The notes beneath the pieces were generated by a model. That model saw nothing but the letters and a program-made list of their open reading frames with translations, was not told the origin of the DNA and did not search any database. The position numbers and the translations under genes were made by a program. From the NCBI GenBank assembly GCA_965230295.1, contig OZ246001.1, positions 3,520,001-3,584,000 on the forward strand: 64,000 nt of DNA. The letters run 5' to 3'. This document shows positions 19,944 through 30,837 of the stretch, in pieces. How positions within the stretch are numbered: position 1 is the stretch's first letter; each line of letters begins with the position of its first letter. Source of the DNA: Marinicella sp. (lineage in GTDB: Bacteria > Pseudomonadota > Gammaproteobacteria > Xanthomonadales > Marinicellaceae).

Positions 19944-22900
19944 TCAATCTTCCAAATTCGGCCGCAATGTTTTCTTGGCTTGTTCGATCGTAACGCCTTT
20001 GCGCTGTGCGTAATCTTCAAGCTGTTCTTGGTTGATTTTACCAACTACGAAATACTGTGAGTCCGGATGTGTATAGTAAAACCCGCTGACAGAAGAAGCT
20101 GGGTACATGGTCAACCCTTCAGTGAGTTCAATTCCGGTGTTGTTTTTGACATCCAACAATTTAAACAGCAGTTCTTTTTGGGTGTGGTCAGGGCAGGCCG
20201 GATAACCAGGTGCTGGTCGGATGCCTTGGTATTTTTCGTTGATCAAGGCCTCGTTGTCCAAAGTTTCAGTTTTGGCATAACCCCAATAATCAGTCCTGAC
20301 TTGTTGATGTAAATATTCAGCATAGGCTTCAGCCAGTCGATCAGCCAAAGCTTTGAGCATGATGCTGTTGTAGTCATCGTTGTTGGCTTCGAATCGAGCC
20401 ACATGGGGCTCAATACCCAATCCTGTGGTCACAGCGAAAGCGCCAATATGATCATTCAAATTGGCACCTTTGGGAGCAATGAAATCACTCAAGCACAGGT
20501 TGGCTTTGGGCTTGTTCGCTTGTTGTCTCAGGTTCAGCAGCCGATGATCTTCTGACTCGTGTTGAATGATCACATCATCACCGTCACTGTAAGCAGGGAA
20601 AAAGCCAAACACGGCTTTACACTGCAACCAATCTTCAGCAACGATCTGCTCTAACATAGTGGTGGCGTCCCGGTACAACTCACTGGCACTTTCACCAACC
20701 ACTTCATCAGTCAGTATGGCTGGAAAACGGCCGTGTAATTCCCAGGTCTGAAAGAACGGTGTCCAGTCAATATAATCACGCAAGGTGCTCAACGGTGTGT
20801 CTTCCAGGATTTTGATCCCGGTAAACTGTGGCTGGACCGGTAGGAATGAAGACCAGTCGAGTTGTAAGGCATTGTTCCTGGCTTGCTGTAAGCTTATCAG
20901 GTTCTTGGCACCGCTGCGGTTTTTCCGGCGCTCACGAATTTCGTGGTATTCATTTTGAATGCCTTTACAAAAGTCCAGTTGATCTTTTTCAGACAGCAGC
21001 TGTTGTACCACGCCCACGGCGCGCGAGGCGTCTTTGACCCATACAGTGGCATGATCGTATTCAGGTTCGATCTTTAAGGCAGTGTGGGTTCTTGAAGTGG
21101 TGGCGCCACCGATCAACAAGGGCAGGTTCATGCCTTTGGTTTTCATCAGTTCTGCCACATAGCACATTTCATCCAGAGACGGTGTGATCAAGCCAGACAA
21201 CCCAATGATGTCAGCCTGGTTGTCATTGGCGGCTTTCAAAATTTGCTCTGCCGGCACCATCACGCCCAAATCTATGATTTCATAGTTATTGCAACCCAAA
21301 ACAACACCTACAATGTTTTTACCAATGTCATGTACATCCCCTTTGACGGTGGCCATGATGATTTTGCCTTTGGCCTGTTGCCGGCCTTTTTTGGCTTCAA
21401 TGTGTGGTGTCAACCATGCCACGGCTTTTTTCATGACTCGGGCAGATTTGACCACCTGGGGTAAGAACATTTTGCCGGCACCAAACAAGTCACCCACCAC
21501 ATTCATACCGTCCATCAATGGACCTTCAATCACGTGTAAAGGGTCATTCAGATCGTTCATGGCGGCTTCGGCATCGGTTTCGATGTAATCAATGATGCCA
21601 TGAACCAGGGAATGATTGATGCGTTGGGCCACATCCAAATCACGCCAGGCCAGTTTGTCGGAGTCATCCTGTGCAGAACCTTGCATACCTTGTGCCAATT
21701 CCAGCAATTGTTCGGTCGCATTCGGGTCGCGGTTGAATAACAGGTCTTCTATTTTGTCTTTGATATCTGTCGGGATGTCATCGTATACAGTCAACTGTCC
21801 GGCATTGACAATACCCATGTCCATACCGGCCTTGATCGCATGGTATAAAAACACGGAGTGAATGGCTTCTCTTAATGGGTTGTTCCCACGGAAAGAAAAC
21901 GAAATGTTAGAGACGCCGCCAGAAACCATGGCATGGGGTAAGTTTTGTTTGATCCATCTGGTGGCATCAATGAAATCTTTGCCGTAGTTGTTGTGTTCTT
22001 CAATGCCGGTACCAATGGCAAAAATGTTGGGGTCAAATATGATGTCTTCTGGAGCAAAGCCGATGTCTTGGGTCAAAATATCATAAGAGCGCTGGCATAT
22101 TTCAATTTTACGCTCATAACTGTCTGCCTGACCTGTCTCATCAAATGCCATAACAATGACCGCTGCACCATACTTTTGTGCCAACTTGGCATGTTTGGTG
22201 AATTCCTCTACACCTTCCTTGAGGCTGATGGAATTGACAACGCCTTTGCCTTGGATGCGCTGTAAACCGGCTTCTAAGACTTCCCATTTTGAAGAATCCA
22301 GCATGATGGGTACCCGACCGATGTTGGGTTCAGAACCAATCAAATTGAGGAATGTGATCATCATCTCTTTGGAGTCAATCAGACCTTCATCCATGTTGAT
22401 GTCAATGATTTGGGCACCGTTATCAACCTGTTCTTGTGCGACCTCAAGCGCGGTTAACAAATCATTTTCTTTGATCAATCGTTTGAATTTTAATGAACCG
22501 GTGACATTGGTCCGCTCACCCACATTGATGAAGTTTAATTCAGGGGTGATGGTTAAGGCTTCCAGACCCGATAATCGACAATGGTTGTTCAAGGTTGGGA
22601 CAAGTCGAGCAGGGTACTTACTGGCTAAATCAGCCAGTGCCTTGATGTGTTCAGGCGTGGTGCCACAACAACCACCGATGATGTTGACATGGCCGTGTTC
22701 CAGCATTTTTACCATGATGTCAGCCATGTATTCAGGACTGTGGTCATATTCACCCAATTCATTGGGTAAACCCGCATTGGGGTGGATGCTGACATAACAT
22801 TCACAGATGTCAGACAGTTCTTTGATATATGGAATCAAGTCATCAGCACCTAAGGCGCAATTCAGTCCGATGGCCATCGGTTTAACGTGTCTGATTGAGT

Positions 22901-23603
22901 GATAAAATGCGGCCAGTGTTTGTCCAGATAGGGTGCGTCCACTGGCATCAACAATGGTGCCAGAAATCATGATGGGGATGTCGCTTTGCCTTTGTTCCAG
23001 GACAGTCTGAAGGGCAAACAAAGCAGCTCGAGCGTTCAAGGTATCAAAAATGGTTTCCACCATCAGAACATCGGCGCCACCATCTATCAAGCCCTCAGTG
23101 GCTTCAGTGTAAGCCTTTACCAATTCGTTGAATGTGACGTTGCGGTATTCAGGTCGGTTGATGTCAGGTGAAATGGATGCTGTGCGGTTGGTGGGTCCCA
23201 GTACACCGATGACCCAACGCGGCTTTTCATCCGTACTGTATTTATCACAAGCCTGTTTCGCCAACTGTGCAGATTGCTTGTTGATTTCATAGGTCAGCGA
23301 CTCAGTGGCGTAATCTGCTTGAGCAATGCTGGTTGCATTGAATGTATTTGTTTCAATCAGATCAGTACCTGCAGCTAAATTTTGCTCATGTATGTCTTGA
23401 ATTAATTCAGGTTGAGTCAAAGAAAGGATGTCATTATTTCCTTTCAAATCTTGTGGATGATCTGCCAGTAGCTGTCCACGGTAGTCCTGTTCAGTCAGTT
23501 TCAGTGTTTGGATCATCGTACCCATGGCTGAATCGAGTAACAGAATTCTTTTCTTTATGTGTTGTTCGATAACTTGCCGGGTAGTTTGGGTGCGTGTGGT
23601 CAT
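19944..23603 (-). CDS. metH: Cobalamin-dependent methionine synthase
   Basis: [54 protein letters not shown] and [12 protein letters not shown]. Full length, 1219 aa. Confidence 0.98.
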   Translation of the reverse strand: MTTRTQTTRQVIEQHIKKRILLLDSAMGTMIQTLKLTEQDYRGQLLADHPQDLKGNNDILSLTQPELIQDIHEQNLAAGTDLIETNTFNATSIAQADYATESLTYEINKQSAQLAKQACDKYSTDEKPRWVIGVLGPTNRTASISPDINRPEYRNVTFNELVKAYTEATEGLIDGGADVLMVETIFDTLNARAALFALQTVLEQRQSDIPIMISGTIVDASGRTLSGQTLAAFYHSIRHVKPMAIGLNCALGADDLIPYIKELSDICECYVSIHPNAGLPNELGEYDHSPEYMADIMVKMLEHGHVNIIGGCCGTTPEHIKALADLASKYPARLVPTLNNHCRLSGLEALTITPELNFINVGERTNVTGSLKFKRLIKENDLLTALEVAQEQVDNGAQIIDINMDEGLIDSKEMMITFLNLIGSEPNIGRVPIMLDSSKWEVLEAGLQRIQGKGVVNSISLKEGVEEFTKHAKLAQKYGAAVIVMAFDETGQADSYERKIEICQRSYDILTQDIGFAPEDIIFDPNIFAIGTGIEEHNNYGKDFIDATRWIKQNLPHAMVSGGVSNISFSFRGNNPLREAIHSVFLYHAIKAGMDMGIVNAGQLTVYDDIPTDIKDKIEDLLFNRDPNATEQLLELAQGMQGSAQDDSDKLAWRDLDVAQRINHSLVHGIIDYIETDAEAAMNDLNDPLHVIEGPLMDGMNVVGDLFGAGKMFLPQVVKSARVMKKAVAWLTPHIEAKKGRQQAKGKIIMATVKGDVHDIGKNIVGVVLGCNNYEIIDLGVMVPAEQILKAANDNQADIIGLSGLITPSLDEMCYVAELMKTKGMNLPLLIGGATTSRTHTALKIEPEYDHATVWVKDASRAVGVVQQLLSEKDQLDFCKGIQNEYHEIRERRKNRSGAKNLISLQQARNNALQLDWSSFLPVQPQFTGIKILEDTPLSTLRDYIDWTPFFQTWELHGRFPAILTDEVVGESASELYRDATTMLEQIVAEDWLQCKAVFGFFPAYSDGDDVIIQHESEDHRLLNLRQQANKPKANLCLSDFIAPKGANLNDHIGAFAVTTGLGIEPHVARFEANNDDYNSIMLKALADRLAEAYAEYLHQQVRTDYWGYAKTETLDNEALINEKYQGIRPAPGYPACPDHTQKELLFKLLDVKNNTGIELTEGLTMYPASSVSGFYYTHPDSQYFVVGKINQEQLEDYAQRKGVTIEQAKKTLRPNLED

Positions 23604-24523
23604 TATTTTTTGGCTTCAACTGTGATGATTTTAAAATGTGGTTTGCGTTGTTCTTGTGAACTGACAGTGGCATTGACCTGAGAAAAACCGGCCGCTTTAC
23701 ACCATGTGGCCAATTGTTCGGTTTCGAAACCTAAATTTTTATGGCCAAAATCAGACATCACAGTTTGGTGTTGGTGTTTATGCAGTGTTGAGATCAATAA
23801 ATGTCCACCAGGTTTACAGACATTGTACGCTTGTTCTATGACCACCTCAGGTTCAGTTGAATAGGTCAGAACATGAAGCATCAAAATACAATCAAAATAA
23901 TTTTTATCAAATGGCAGTTGGTGGATGTCATGCTGAAAGAATTTCACATTAGACAGGTGTTTTAATCTCGCCTTTGCAGCTTCTATGGCTTTGGCATTGT
24001 TATCAACACATGTGTATTCAGCTGTATTTTGCGCCATCAGTTCTGCCAAAACACCATCACCAGACCCTAAATCAAGAACTGTACCTAAATCAATCAGCTT
24101 AGCGATCACCCGTGTGGTGGCTTCCCAAGTTCTGCCCGGTGAATAATGCCTTTCCATGTCTCCTGCCACCGCATCTACCCATTGGTTGGATGCGGCTTGT
24201 TTGTTCATCACCAAAGCCATTTGTTGATTGTCTTGGGTGATCAGCGAATGATTGGCATAGTGTGTTTGGACCATGTCAATCAAACCAGGGTAATTTGAAT
24301 CAATGTTTTCACTGTTCAATCGATAATATGAACTGACGCCTTGTTTACGCACTTGTACCAGTTGGTGTTTCTTTAAATGTGACAAATGCGTTGACACCCT
24401 TGGTTGGGCCAGTCGAGTGATTTCTGCCAATTCCGCAACGGTTAACTCCTGTTGCTGAAGCAGCAGCACCAGACGAATTCTGGATTCATCAGCCAGGGTT
24501 TTAAACAAATCGTTTAAATTCAT
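23603..24523 (-). CDS. ArsR-HTH/SAM-methyltransferase fusion regulator (SahR/SamR type)
   Basis: N-terminal ArsR domain ([31 protein letters not shown]) and methyltransferase fold ([13 protein letters not shown]). Coupled to metH. The likely start is ATG 24523, not 24607. Confidence 0.9.
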   Translation of the reverse strand: MNLNDLFKTLADESRIRLVLLLQQQELTVAELAEITRLAQPRVSTHLSHLKKHQLVQVRKQGVSSYYRLNSENIDSNYPGLIDMVQTHYANHSLITQDNQQMALVMNKQAASNQWVDAVAGDMERHYSPGRTWEATTRVIAKLIDLGTVLDLGSGDGVLAELMAQNTAEYTCVDNNAKAIEAAKARLKHLSNVKFFQHDIHQLPFDKNYFDCILMLHVLTYSTEPEVVIEQAYNVCKPGGHLLISTLHKHQHQTVMSDFGHKNLGFETEQLATWCKAAGFSQVNATVSSQEQRKPHFKIITVEAKK

Positions 24524-24530
24524 TATATCT

Positions 24531-24554
24531 TTATATCTTGATTGAGAGATATAA
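24531..24554. promoter_or_regulatory. Palindromic operator, candidate SahR/SamR autoregulatory site
   Basis: TTATATCT-tgattgag-AGATATAA with perfect 8-bp arms, just upstream of the regulator's start codon. Confidence 0.7.
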
Positions 24555-24657
24555 TGAATTTTAGATGTTTCTTTACAGAATTCAAGTATTAATCTTTCGT
24601 ATACCAATTTGTTATGTAAGATAAGTAAGAAAATTTAATCAAATACCAGGGTGAAAT

Positions 24658-25269
24658 ATGATCGATTTTTATACATATGGGACAGTCAATGGCAAAGCGG
24701 TGGCCATAGCATTAGAAGCCATGGGTGTTGAATACCAAACCCACGTGATAGATCTGACTCAACATCAGCAAAGAAGTGAAGATTTTTTGAAAATCAACCC
24801 ATCGGGTCGCATTCCGGTGATTGTGGATCATGCCTATGAAACACCTATGGTGGTGACACAAACCGGTGCCATTCTGGTGTACCTGGCTGAGCAAACCGGT
24901 ATGTTTATGGGCGATACTCCACAGCAGAAGGCACAAATCATGTCTTGGTTGTGGTTTCAAATCACAGACATCACCACCAATTTCTTCAATAACTTTTACT
25001 TAAAAAGCCTGGTGAATCCCAAACAGCCTGAAGCTGGAGACTGCTTAAAAACAAGGGCGATGAGTTTTTACCAAGAATTCAATCAACAACTGGCTGAACA
25101 TCCCTTTATAGCAGGCCACGACATGAGTGTGGCTGACATGGCTGCTTATCCAGTGGTGGCGGCTTTGAAAGATCAATTATTAAACAACGACCACCCTCAT
25201 TTGAATCGCTGGTACCAGGACATGTCAATGAATACAGCGGTCATGGTTGGCATGATGGGTGCACAATAA
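24658..25269 (+). CDS. Glutathione S-transferase family protein (YfcG-like)
   Basis: IDFYTYGTVNG, FLKINPSGRIPVIVD, QTGAILVYLAE and SVADMA. Confidence 0.92.
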   Translation: MIDFYTYGTVNGKAVAIALEAMGVEYQTHVIDLTQHQQRSEDFLKINPSGRIPVIVDHAYETPMVVTQTGAILVYLAEQTGMFMGDTPQQKAQIMSWLWFQITDITTNFFNNFYLKSLVNPKQPEAGDCLKTRAMSFYQEFNQQLAEHPFIAGHDMSVADMAAYPVVAALKDQLLNNDHPHLNRWYQDMSMNTAVMVGMMGAQ

Positions 25270-25512
25270 GCCTACATAACAAGCCCTATGAAATCGGTAA
25301 AAATTACATTATTAAATTAAATATTTTTCAACACTGTATTTCATTGTCCTAAACCGTTAAAATTCTGACTATAGGTGAATGTCCATTTACACGATGAAAA
25401 TGGACCGCTGAAAATGCAATAGACGGGGACAATGAGTGGTGGTGTGCATTCATCATTTGCTGGTATCCGGTTGATATAAAGTAATAAACGATACATAGAT
25501 ACAGAGAATCTG

Positions 25513-28500
25513 ATGCAATCACTACTAACTGCAGAACATAAAAAGTTCATCAAGAATTTTTCTAACCGAGTCAACCAAGCCGATTCAAAATACAAAGACA
25601 GCATCAAACAATTGGCCAAACAATTGTTTACCCACATGTCAATTGATGAATTGAAAAGTCATGAATATGACTATTGGGCACATACCTTAAATGGCATGAT
25701 CAAGAGCATGTCAGCCAGGAGGTTGAAAAACCCCATCATCGAAGTCAAAAACTCTACAGTTGATCCTGACATCACTCATGTGTTGTTGATCAATGACAAC
25801 ATTCCTTTTTTGGTGGATTCTGCCACCATGGCCTGCGCAGAATATGGTTTGGCGATCAAACTGATATCACATCCAATCATCCAAATCAAAGGCGAAGACA
25901 AAAATCGTGTGTTGATTGAAAAACCAAAAAAAGGCCAGACCCAAACCAAATCATTGATTTATATCGAGCTTAAGCGGATAGAGGACAGACAGGAAGCCAA
26001 AGCGCTACAACAATACTTGGCCAGTGTTTTTGAGCAAATCCGAACAGCAGTGAATGATTGGCAACCGATGTTAACAGCCATGGCCCATGCAAAAGAGGCC
26101 TTGGGGTATTTGGGTGATGATAAAGTCAGGGCAGAACAACAAGACTTTATTGATTGGTTGGTCGATGACCACTTCACTTTTTTAGGTTACCGCAAGTACG
26201 AATGTAAAAGAAACCAATTGATCGCCATGCCGGATACCGGTTTAGGGATGTTGAGCCCCAACCTCGATGCCGATGCGAATGATGCCAGTCAACTGTCTGT
26301 GGATGAGTACAAAATTAAAAAACAATCAGATTTGGTGGTCATCACCAAAGTCAATGTCATTTCAAAAATTCACCGCAAAGGTAACCTGGATTACATTGGG
26401 TTTTTAGAAACAGATAAAAATGGCAAAGTGGTTGCCGAACATCGTTTCATCGGTTTATTCACCTCAGTGGCCACCAACACCAATTCGCTGAAAATCCCTT
26501 ACATCAACAGCAAGATCAAAGTACTTATCAAGCAATTTGGCTTTGATGACACCTCCCATTCTGGCAAAATGTTGATGCACATCATCGACACGATGCCGCG
26601 TGATGAGGTGTTGCAATCGAACACCAAAGAACTGTTTTCTGCCGTGTACCAGTCTTTGGTGATACAGGAAAAAATCACCACTCAAGTGACCGCCAGACAG
26701 GACAAATTCAATCGGTTTTGTTCATTCATGGTTTATGTGCCTCGTGATTTATTTAACACCAGTAACAGGCACAAAATACAAGCCCTGTTAGCGGCCTCTG
26801 TAGAAGGCGTAGAGGTCGAATACGCAGTGGCCATTGACGAATCACACTATGCGCGGTTGTATGTGGTCATCCGTGACATGAAACATTTCAGCCAAGACAT
26901 CCTTGCTGAAGTGAAAGCAGCCATTATAGAAGTGGTGACCACTTGGGAAGATCGATTGGCTGCGGCCTTGCAAGATCGCCTTGGTCATGAAGAAAGTGTT
27001 CGCCTGATGAGTAAGTTCAGAGGTGCTTTCCCAGTCGCTTATCGTGAAGATGTCAGCCCTTGGGTGTCTTCATTTGATGTCGAAAATGCCGATAAGCTAC
27101 AAAATGGCAATGACATTGAAATGAGTTTGTACCAACCTCGAATTAAACGTTTGGGTGATTTCAGGTTTAAGGTATTCCGTCACCAAAAAACCATACCCTT
27201 AAGTGAAGTGCTGCCCGATTTAGAGAACTTGGGCTTGCATGTGGTGAGTGAACGCCCCTATGAATTAAAAATGTCTGAAGGGCAGTCAATCTGGATACAG
27301 GATTTTGATCTAAATCTGGCTTCGGGTAAAGGGCTGGAATTGGAGCTGGTGAAAACCAGATTTCATGAAGCCTTTGGCAAAGTGGTCAGTGGCGAACTGG
27401 AATCTGATTCACTGAATAAGTTGATTATTTTAGGCGGATTGACGTGGCGACAAATTAACTTACTGAGGGCTTTGGTTAAATATTTACTCCAAACAGGCTT
27501 GCCGTACAGTAAAGAGTACATTGAAAAAGCCATGATTCAACACCCGCATATTTCTCGCTGGTTGATAGAATTATTCACCATCAAGTTTTCACCCAAGTTA
27601 GATGTGGTGGAACCCAAAAAGGTGCGTGAGTATCTGGATCGTTTCAGCCAAAAATTCACCATCCAATGTGATCATTTGAATGTTGAATTGAATGAATACC
27701 AACAATCTTGTGTTGATAAATACATCCGCAGCAGGAAATTCACCCGCGATTCAATGAGTGAAAAGGTCATCAGGGTCATCACTGCATTGCTTGATTCGGT
27801 GAATTCACAAGATGAAGACCGCATCATTCGTCATGTGGTTGACACCATGGGTGCCATGCTTCGAACCAATTATTATCAAACTGATGATCAAGGTGAGTTC
27901 AAGCCGGCCATCAGCATTAAAATTAATTCATCAGCCCTGTCATTTTTACCCAAGCCGGTTCCTTTCAGAGAAATATTTGTTTATTCTCCTCGGGTTGAAG
28001 CCATTCATTTGCGGATGGGTAAAGTGGCTCGCGGTGGCCTGCGCTGGTCAGATCGCTATGAAGATTTCAGAACCGAAGTGTTGGGATTGATGAAAGCCCA
28101 GAATGTTAAAAACTCCATCATCGTCCCAGTGGGATCTAAAGGTGGATTTGTGGTTAAGAAATTGCCCAATGGTTCTCGTGATGAAGTGATGGAAGAAGTG
28201 GTCAGTTGCTACAAAACATTTATTGGCAGTATGCTCGACATCACTGACAACATCAAAGGGAAACGCATCATTGCACCCAAAGAAGTGGTCAGACATGATG
28301 AGGACGATCCCTATTTGGTGGTCGCTGCCGATAAAGGTACTGCGACATTTTCAGACATTGCCAATGGCATTTCGGAAGAACGTGGTTTTTGGTTGGGCGA
28401 TGCTTTTGCTTCCGGTGGCTCAGCTGGCTATGACCACAAAGGCATGGGAATCACTGCCAAAGGCGCATGGGAGTCAGTGAAGAGACATTTTCGTGAGTTG

Positions 28501-30426
28501 GGTGTTGATTGTCAGTCCGAAGATTTTTCGGTGGTGGGTATCGGAGACATGATGGGGGATGTGTTTGGTAATGGCATGTTGTTATCAAAACACATTTGCT
28601 TAAAAGCCGCGTTCAATCACATGCACATCTTTTTGGATCCCAATCCGGATTCAACAAAAACCTGGGAAGAACGCAAACGTTTATTTGACTTGCCCAGATC
28701 CAGTTGGGAAGATTACAACCAGAAACTGATTTCTAAAGGTGGTGGTATTTATTCCAGATTTGATAAGGCGATTCCAATTTCTGCCGAAGTTAAAGCCTGG
28801 TTAAAAATAAGAGAAGATGAATTGGCTCCTCAGGAATTGATCCACCGATTGTTGTTGTCAGAAATTGATTTGATTTGGAATGGTGGAATTGGAACTTATG
28901 TGAAAGCTTCTGATGAGAGTCATGCAGACGCGGGAGACAGTGCTAACAACGCCTTAAGAGTTGATGGTAAGCAATTGAAATGTAAAGTCTTTGGAGAAGG
29001 AGGCAACTTGGGTGTCACCCAAAAAGGACGGATCGAATATGCCAATAATGGTGGCAAAATGAACACCGATTTTATTGATAATTCAGCCGGGGTTGATTGT
29101 TCTGACCATGAAGTCAACATCAAGATCTTGTTGAAATCGATGATGGAAGACGGCCATTACGACACCAAATCGAGAAACAAACTGCTGGCTTCAATGACTG
29201 ACAATGTCAGTGATCTGGTATTGCAAAACAATTACATGCAAACCCAAACATTGAGTTTTATGCACCATTTGAGTTCAAAGCGGATAGGGGCCAAAGCGCA
29301 CCTGATCAGGTTGCTGGAACAAAAAGGATTGTTGGACCGAGAAATTGAATTTTTACCCAGTGACACCGAGATGGAACGTCGGCGTAAGAACAATGAAGGC
29401 CTCAGTCGACCAGAATTGTGTGTTTTGTTGTCATATGCCAAGTTAGACTTGTTCGACCAAGTCATCAATTCGAAGTTGCTTGATGATCCTTGGTTGCGGC
29501 GTTTGGTGGTCAATTATTTCCCGAAAAAATTGCAGAAAGTCGATGCCAAGTACATTGATAACCATCGATTGAAGCGTGAAATCATTGGTACCATTTTAAC
29601 CAGCCAGGTGATTGATCGCATGGGCGCTACATTTGTGATGCGAATGAATGAAGACACAGGTGCTGATGTGGATGCCATATGTAAGGCATTTTATATAGTG
29701 GTTGAACTGTTTAACTTGAATGATCTGTGGCATGGCATTGAAAATCATGATGGCCAAGTTGAAGTGGCCAAACAAATTGAGTCATTTGTAGCTATTTGGA
29801 AATTTCTCCGCCAAACCACCCGTTGGGTATTGAATAATTTGGGGCATAAATTAAACATTGAAAAACACATCAATGAATTGAACAAAGGAGTTAATCAATT
29901 TCGTAAGGATTTCACCAAATACATCAGTGACGCCGATAAATTAGCCATGAATCGTGTGATGAAGGCGCTGGATAAACAAGGCTTTGCTGAAGACCTGTCA
30001 CAAAGTATCGCCGCCTTGCCTTATTTAAGTGCTGCATTGGATGTGGTTCGAGTGGCCAACTTGCAAAAAGTAGCGGTAAAACAAGCGGCAGATATGTACT
30101 TCCCCTTGGGCAAAATGCTTAACTTGATCTGGTTACAGAACATGATTGAACACTTGAAAGTCAGTAATCAATGGCATGTTCATGCCAGAGGTGGTTTGCG
30201 CGATGACCTCAGTGAATACCATGCACAGCTGACAGCGTCATTATTAAAACGCTACGGTAAACAGCCGAGTGATCAGGCTTTGATGCAATGGAGCCAAGAG
30301 TTTGGGCAGAAAGTTAAGAACGTCAAAGACATGATGGCATCTATCAAAGCTGAAAAGAATGTTGATTACCCAACCATCATGGTAGCCATCAATTCACTGA
30401 GTCATTTGGTGACTGCAACGAAATAA
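25513..30426 (+). CDS. gdhB: Large NAD-specific glutamate dehydrogenase
   Basis: 1637 aa. ARGGLRWSDR, RTEVLGLMKAQ, DPYLVVAADKGTATFSD, GDAFASGGSAGYDHK, GEGGNLG and DNSAGVDCSDHEVNIKI. Confidence 0.97.
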   Translation: MQSLLTAEHKKFIKNFSNRVNQADSKYKDSIKQLAKQLFTHMSIDELKSHEYDYWAHTLNGMIKSMSARRLKNPIIEVKNSTVDPDITHVLLINDNIPFLVDSATMACAEYGLAIKLISHPIIQIKGEDKNRVLIEKPKKGQTQTKSLIYIELKRIEDRQEAKALQQYLASVFEQIRTAVNDWQPMLTAMAHAKEALGYLGDDKVRAEQQDFIDWLVDDHFTFLGYRKYECKRNQLIAMPDTGLGMLSPNLDADANDASQLSVDEYKIKKQSDLVVITKVNVISKIHRKGNLDYIGFLETDKNGKVVAEHRFIGLFTSVATNTNSLKIPYINSKIKVLIKQFGFDDTSHSGKMLMHIIDTMPRDEVLQSNTKELFSAVYQSLVIQEKITTQVTARQDKFNRFCSFMVYVPRDLFNTSNRHKIQALLAASVEGVEVEYAVAIDESHYARLYVVIRDMKHFSQDILAEVKAAIIEVVTTWEDRLAAALQDRLGHEESVRLMSKFRGAFPVAYREDVSPWVSSFDVENADKLQNGNDIEMSLYQPRIKRLGDFRFKVFRHQKTIPLSEVLPDLENLGLHVVSERPYELKMSEGQSIWIQDFDLNLASGKGLELELVKTRFHEAFGKVVSGELESDSLNKLIILGGLTWRQINLLRALVKYLLQTGLPYSKEYIEKAMIQHPHISRWLIELFTIKFSPKLDVVEPKKVREYLDRFSQKFTIQCDHLNVELNEYQQSCVDKYIRSRKFTRDSMSEKVIRVITALLDSVNSQDEDRIIRHVVDTMGAMLRTNYYQTDDQGEFKPAISIKINSSALSFLPKPVPFREIFVYSPRVEAIHLRMGKVARGGLRWSDRYEDFRTEVLGLMKAQNVKNSIIVPVGSKGGFVVKKLPNGSRDEVMEEVVSCYKTFIGSMLDITDNIKGKRIIAPKEVVRHDEDDPYLVVAADKGTATFSDIANGISEERGFWLGDAFASGGSAGYDHKGMGITAKGAWESVKRHFRELGVDCQSEDFSVVGIGDMMGDVFGNGMLLSKHICLKAAFNHMHIFLDPNPDSTKTWEERKRLFDLPRSSWEDYNQKLISKGGGIYSRFDKAIPISAEVKAWLKIREDELAPQELIHRLLLSEIDLIWNGGIGTYVKASDESHADAGDSANNALRVDGKQLKCKVFGEGGNLGVTQKGRIEYANNGGKMNTDFIDNSAGVDCSDHEVNIKILLKSMMEDGHYDTKSRNKLLASMTDNVSDLVLQNNYMQTQTLSFMHHLSSKRIGAKAHLIRLLEQKGLLDREIEFLPSDTEMERRRKNNEGLSRPELCVLLSYAKLDLFDQVINSKLLDDPWLRRLVVNYFPKKLQKVDAKYIDNHRLKREIIGTILTSQVIDRMGATFVMRMNEDTGADVDAICKAFYIVVELFNLNDLWHGIENHDGQVEVAKQIESFVAIWKFLRQTTRWVLNNLGHKLNIEKHINELNKGVNQFRKDFTKYISDADKLAMNRVMKALDKQGFAEDLSQSIAALPYLSAALDVVRVANLQKVAVKQAADMYFPLGKMLNLIWLQNMIEHLKVSNQWHVHARGGLRDDLSEYHAQLTASLLKRYGKQPSDQALMQWSQEFGQKVKNVKDMMASIKAEKNVDYPTIMVAINSLSHLVTATK

Positions 30427-30510
30427 TTAGCAGTCTATAAGTAATCAAAGAATATTCGAATAAAGGATTCAATGAAAAACTCGTTTAATTTAAGAAAGTA
30501 AATTGGTGAC

Positions 30511-30806
30511 GTCATCCTCGGGCTTGACCCGGGGATCCATTTTGCAAGGCAAACACAGGAAGTGTAGGAAGCTGGTAATATGCTTGGCCTGCAAAGTTGG
30601 TTAGACTAATTATGCAATCAAGTTGGTTTGTAAAGCATTGATGTCATGTTTGATTAGCAATGAGCTTGGCCCCGCTCAAGATTTATGAATCCTTAAAGAC
30701 AATGCTACCTCAATTTCCCAAAAGTAAAAGCCTATTTGCTGGGATATTAAATGAGTCTAGATTGATGATTTTTACATTGGATCCCCGGGTCAAGCCCGAG
30801 GATGAC
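30511..30806. repeat. Inverted-repeat element with 29-bp perfect arms and a 238-bp spacer (CGTC-type REP doublet or MITE-like)
   Basis: GTCATCCTCGGGCTTGACCCGGGGATCCA (30511-39) and its exact reverse complement (30778-806). Each arm is itself a hairpin. Confidence 0.9.
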
Positions 30807-30837
30807 CAAGTTAATAAATTCTGTGCTTTGTCTATAT

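Noticed and set aside
22156-22797. 213-aa ORF antisense to metH
   Set aside because: It lies wholly opposite a conserved gene and has no motif, which is typical of a shadow ORF. The same applies to the other short overlapping ORFs in the track.
24524-24607. N-terminal extension of the ArsR regulator
   Set aside because: The ArsR domain begins at ATG 24523, and the extension spans the AT-rich promoter/operator.
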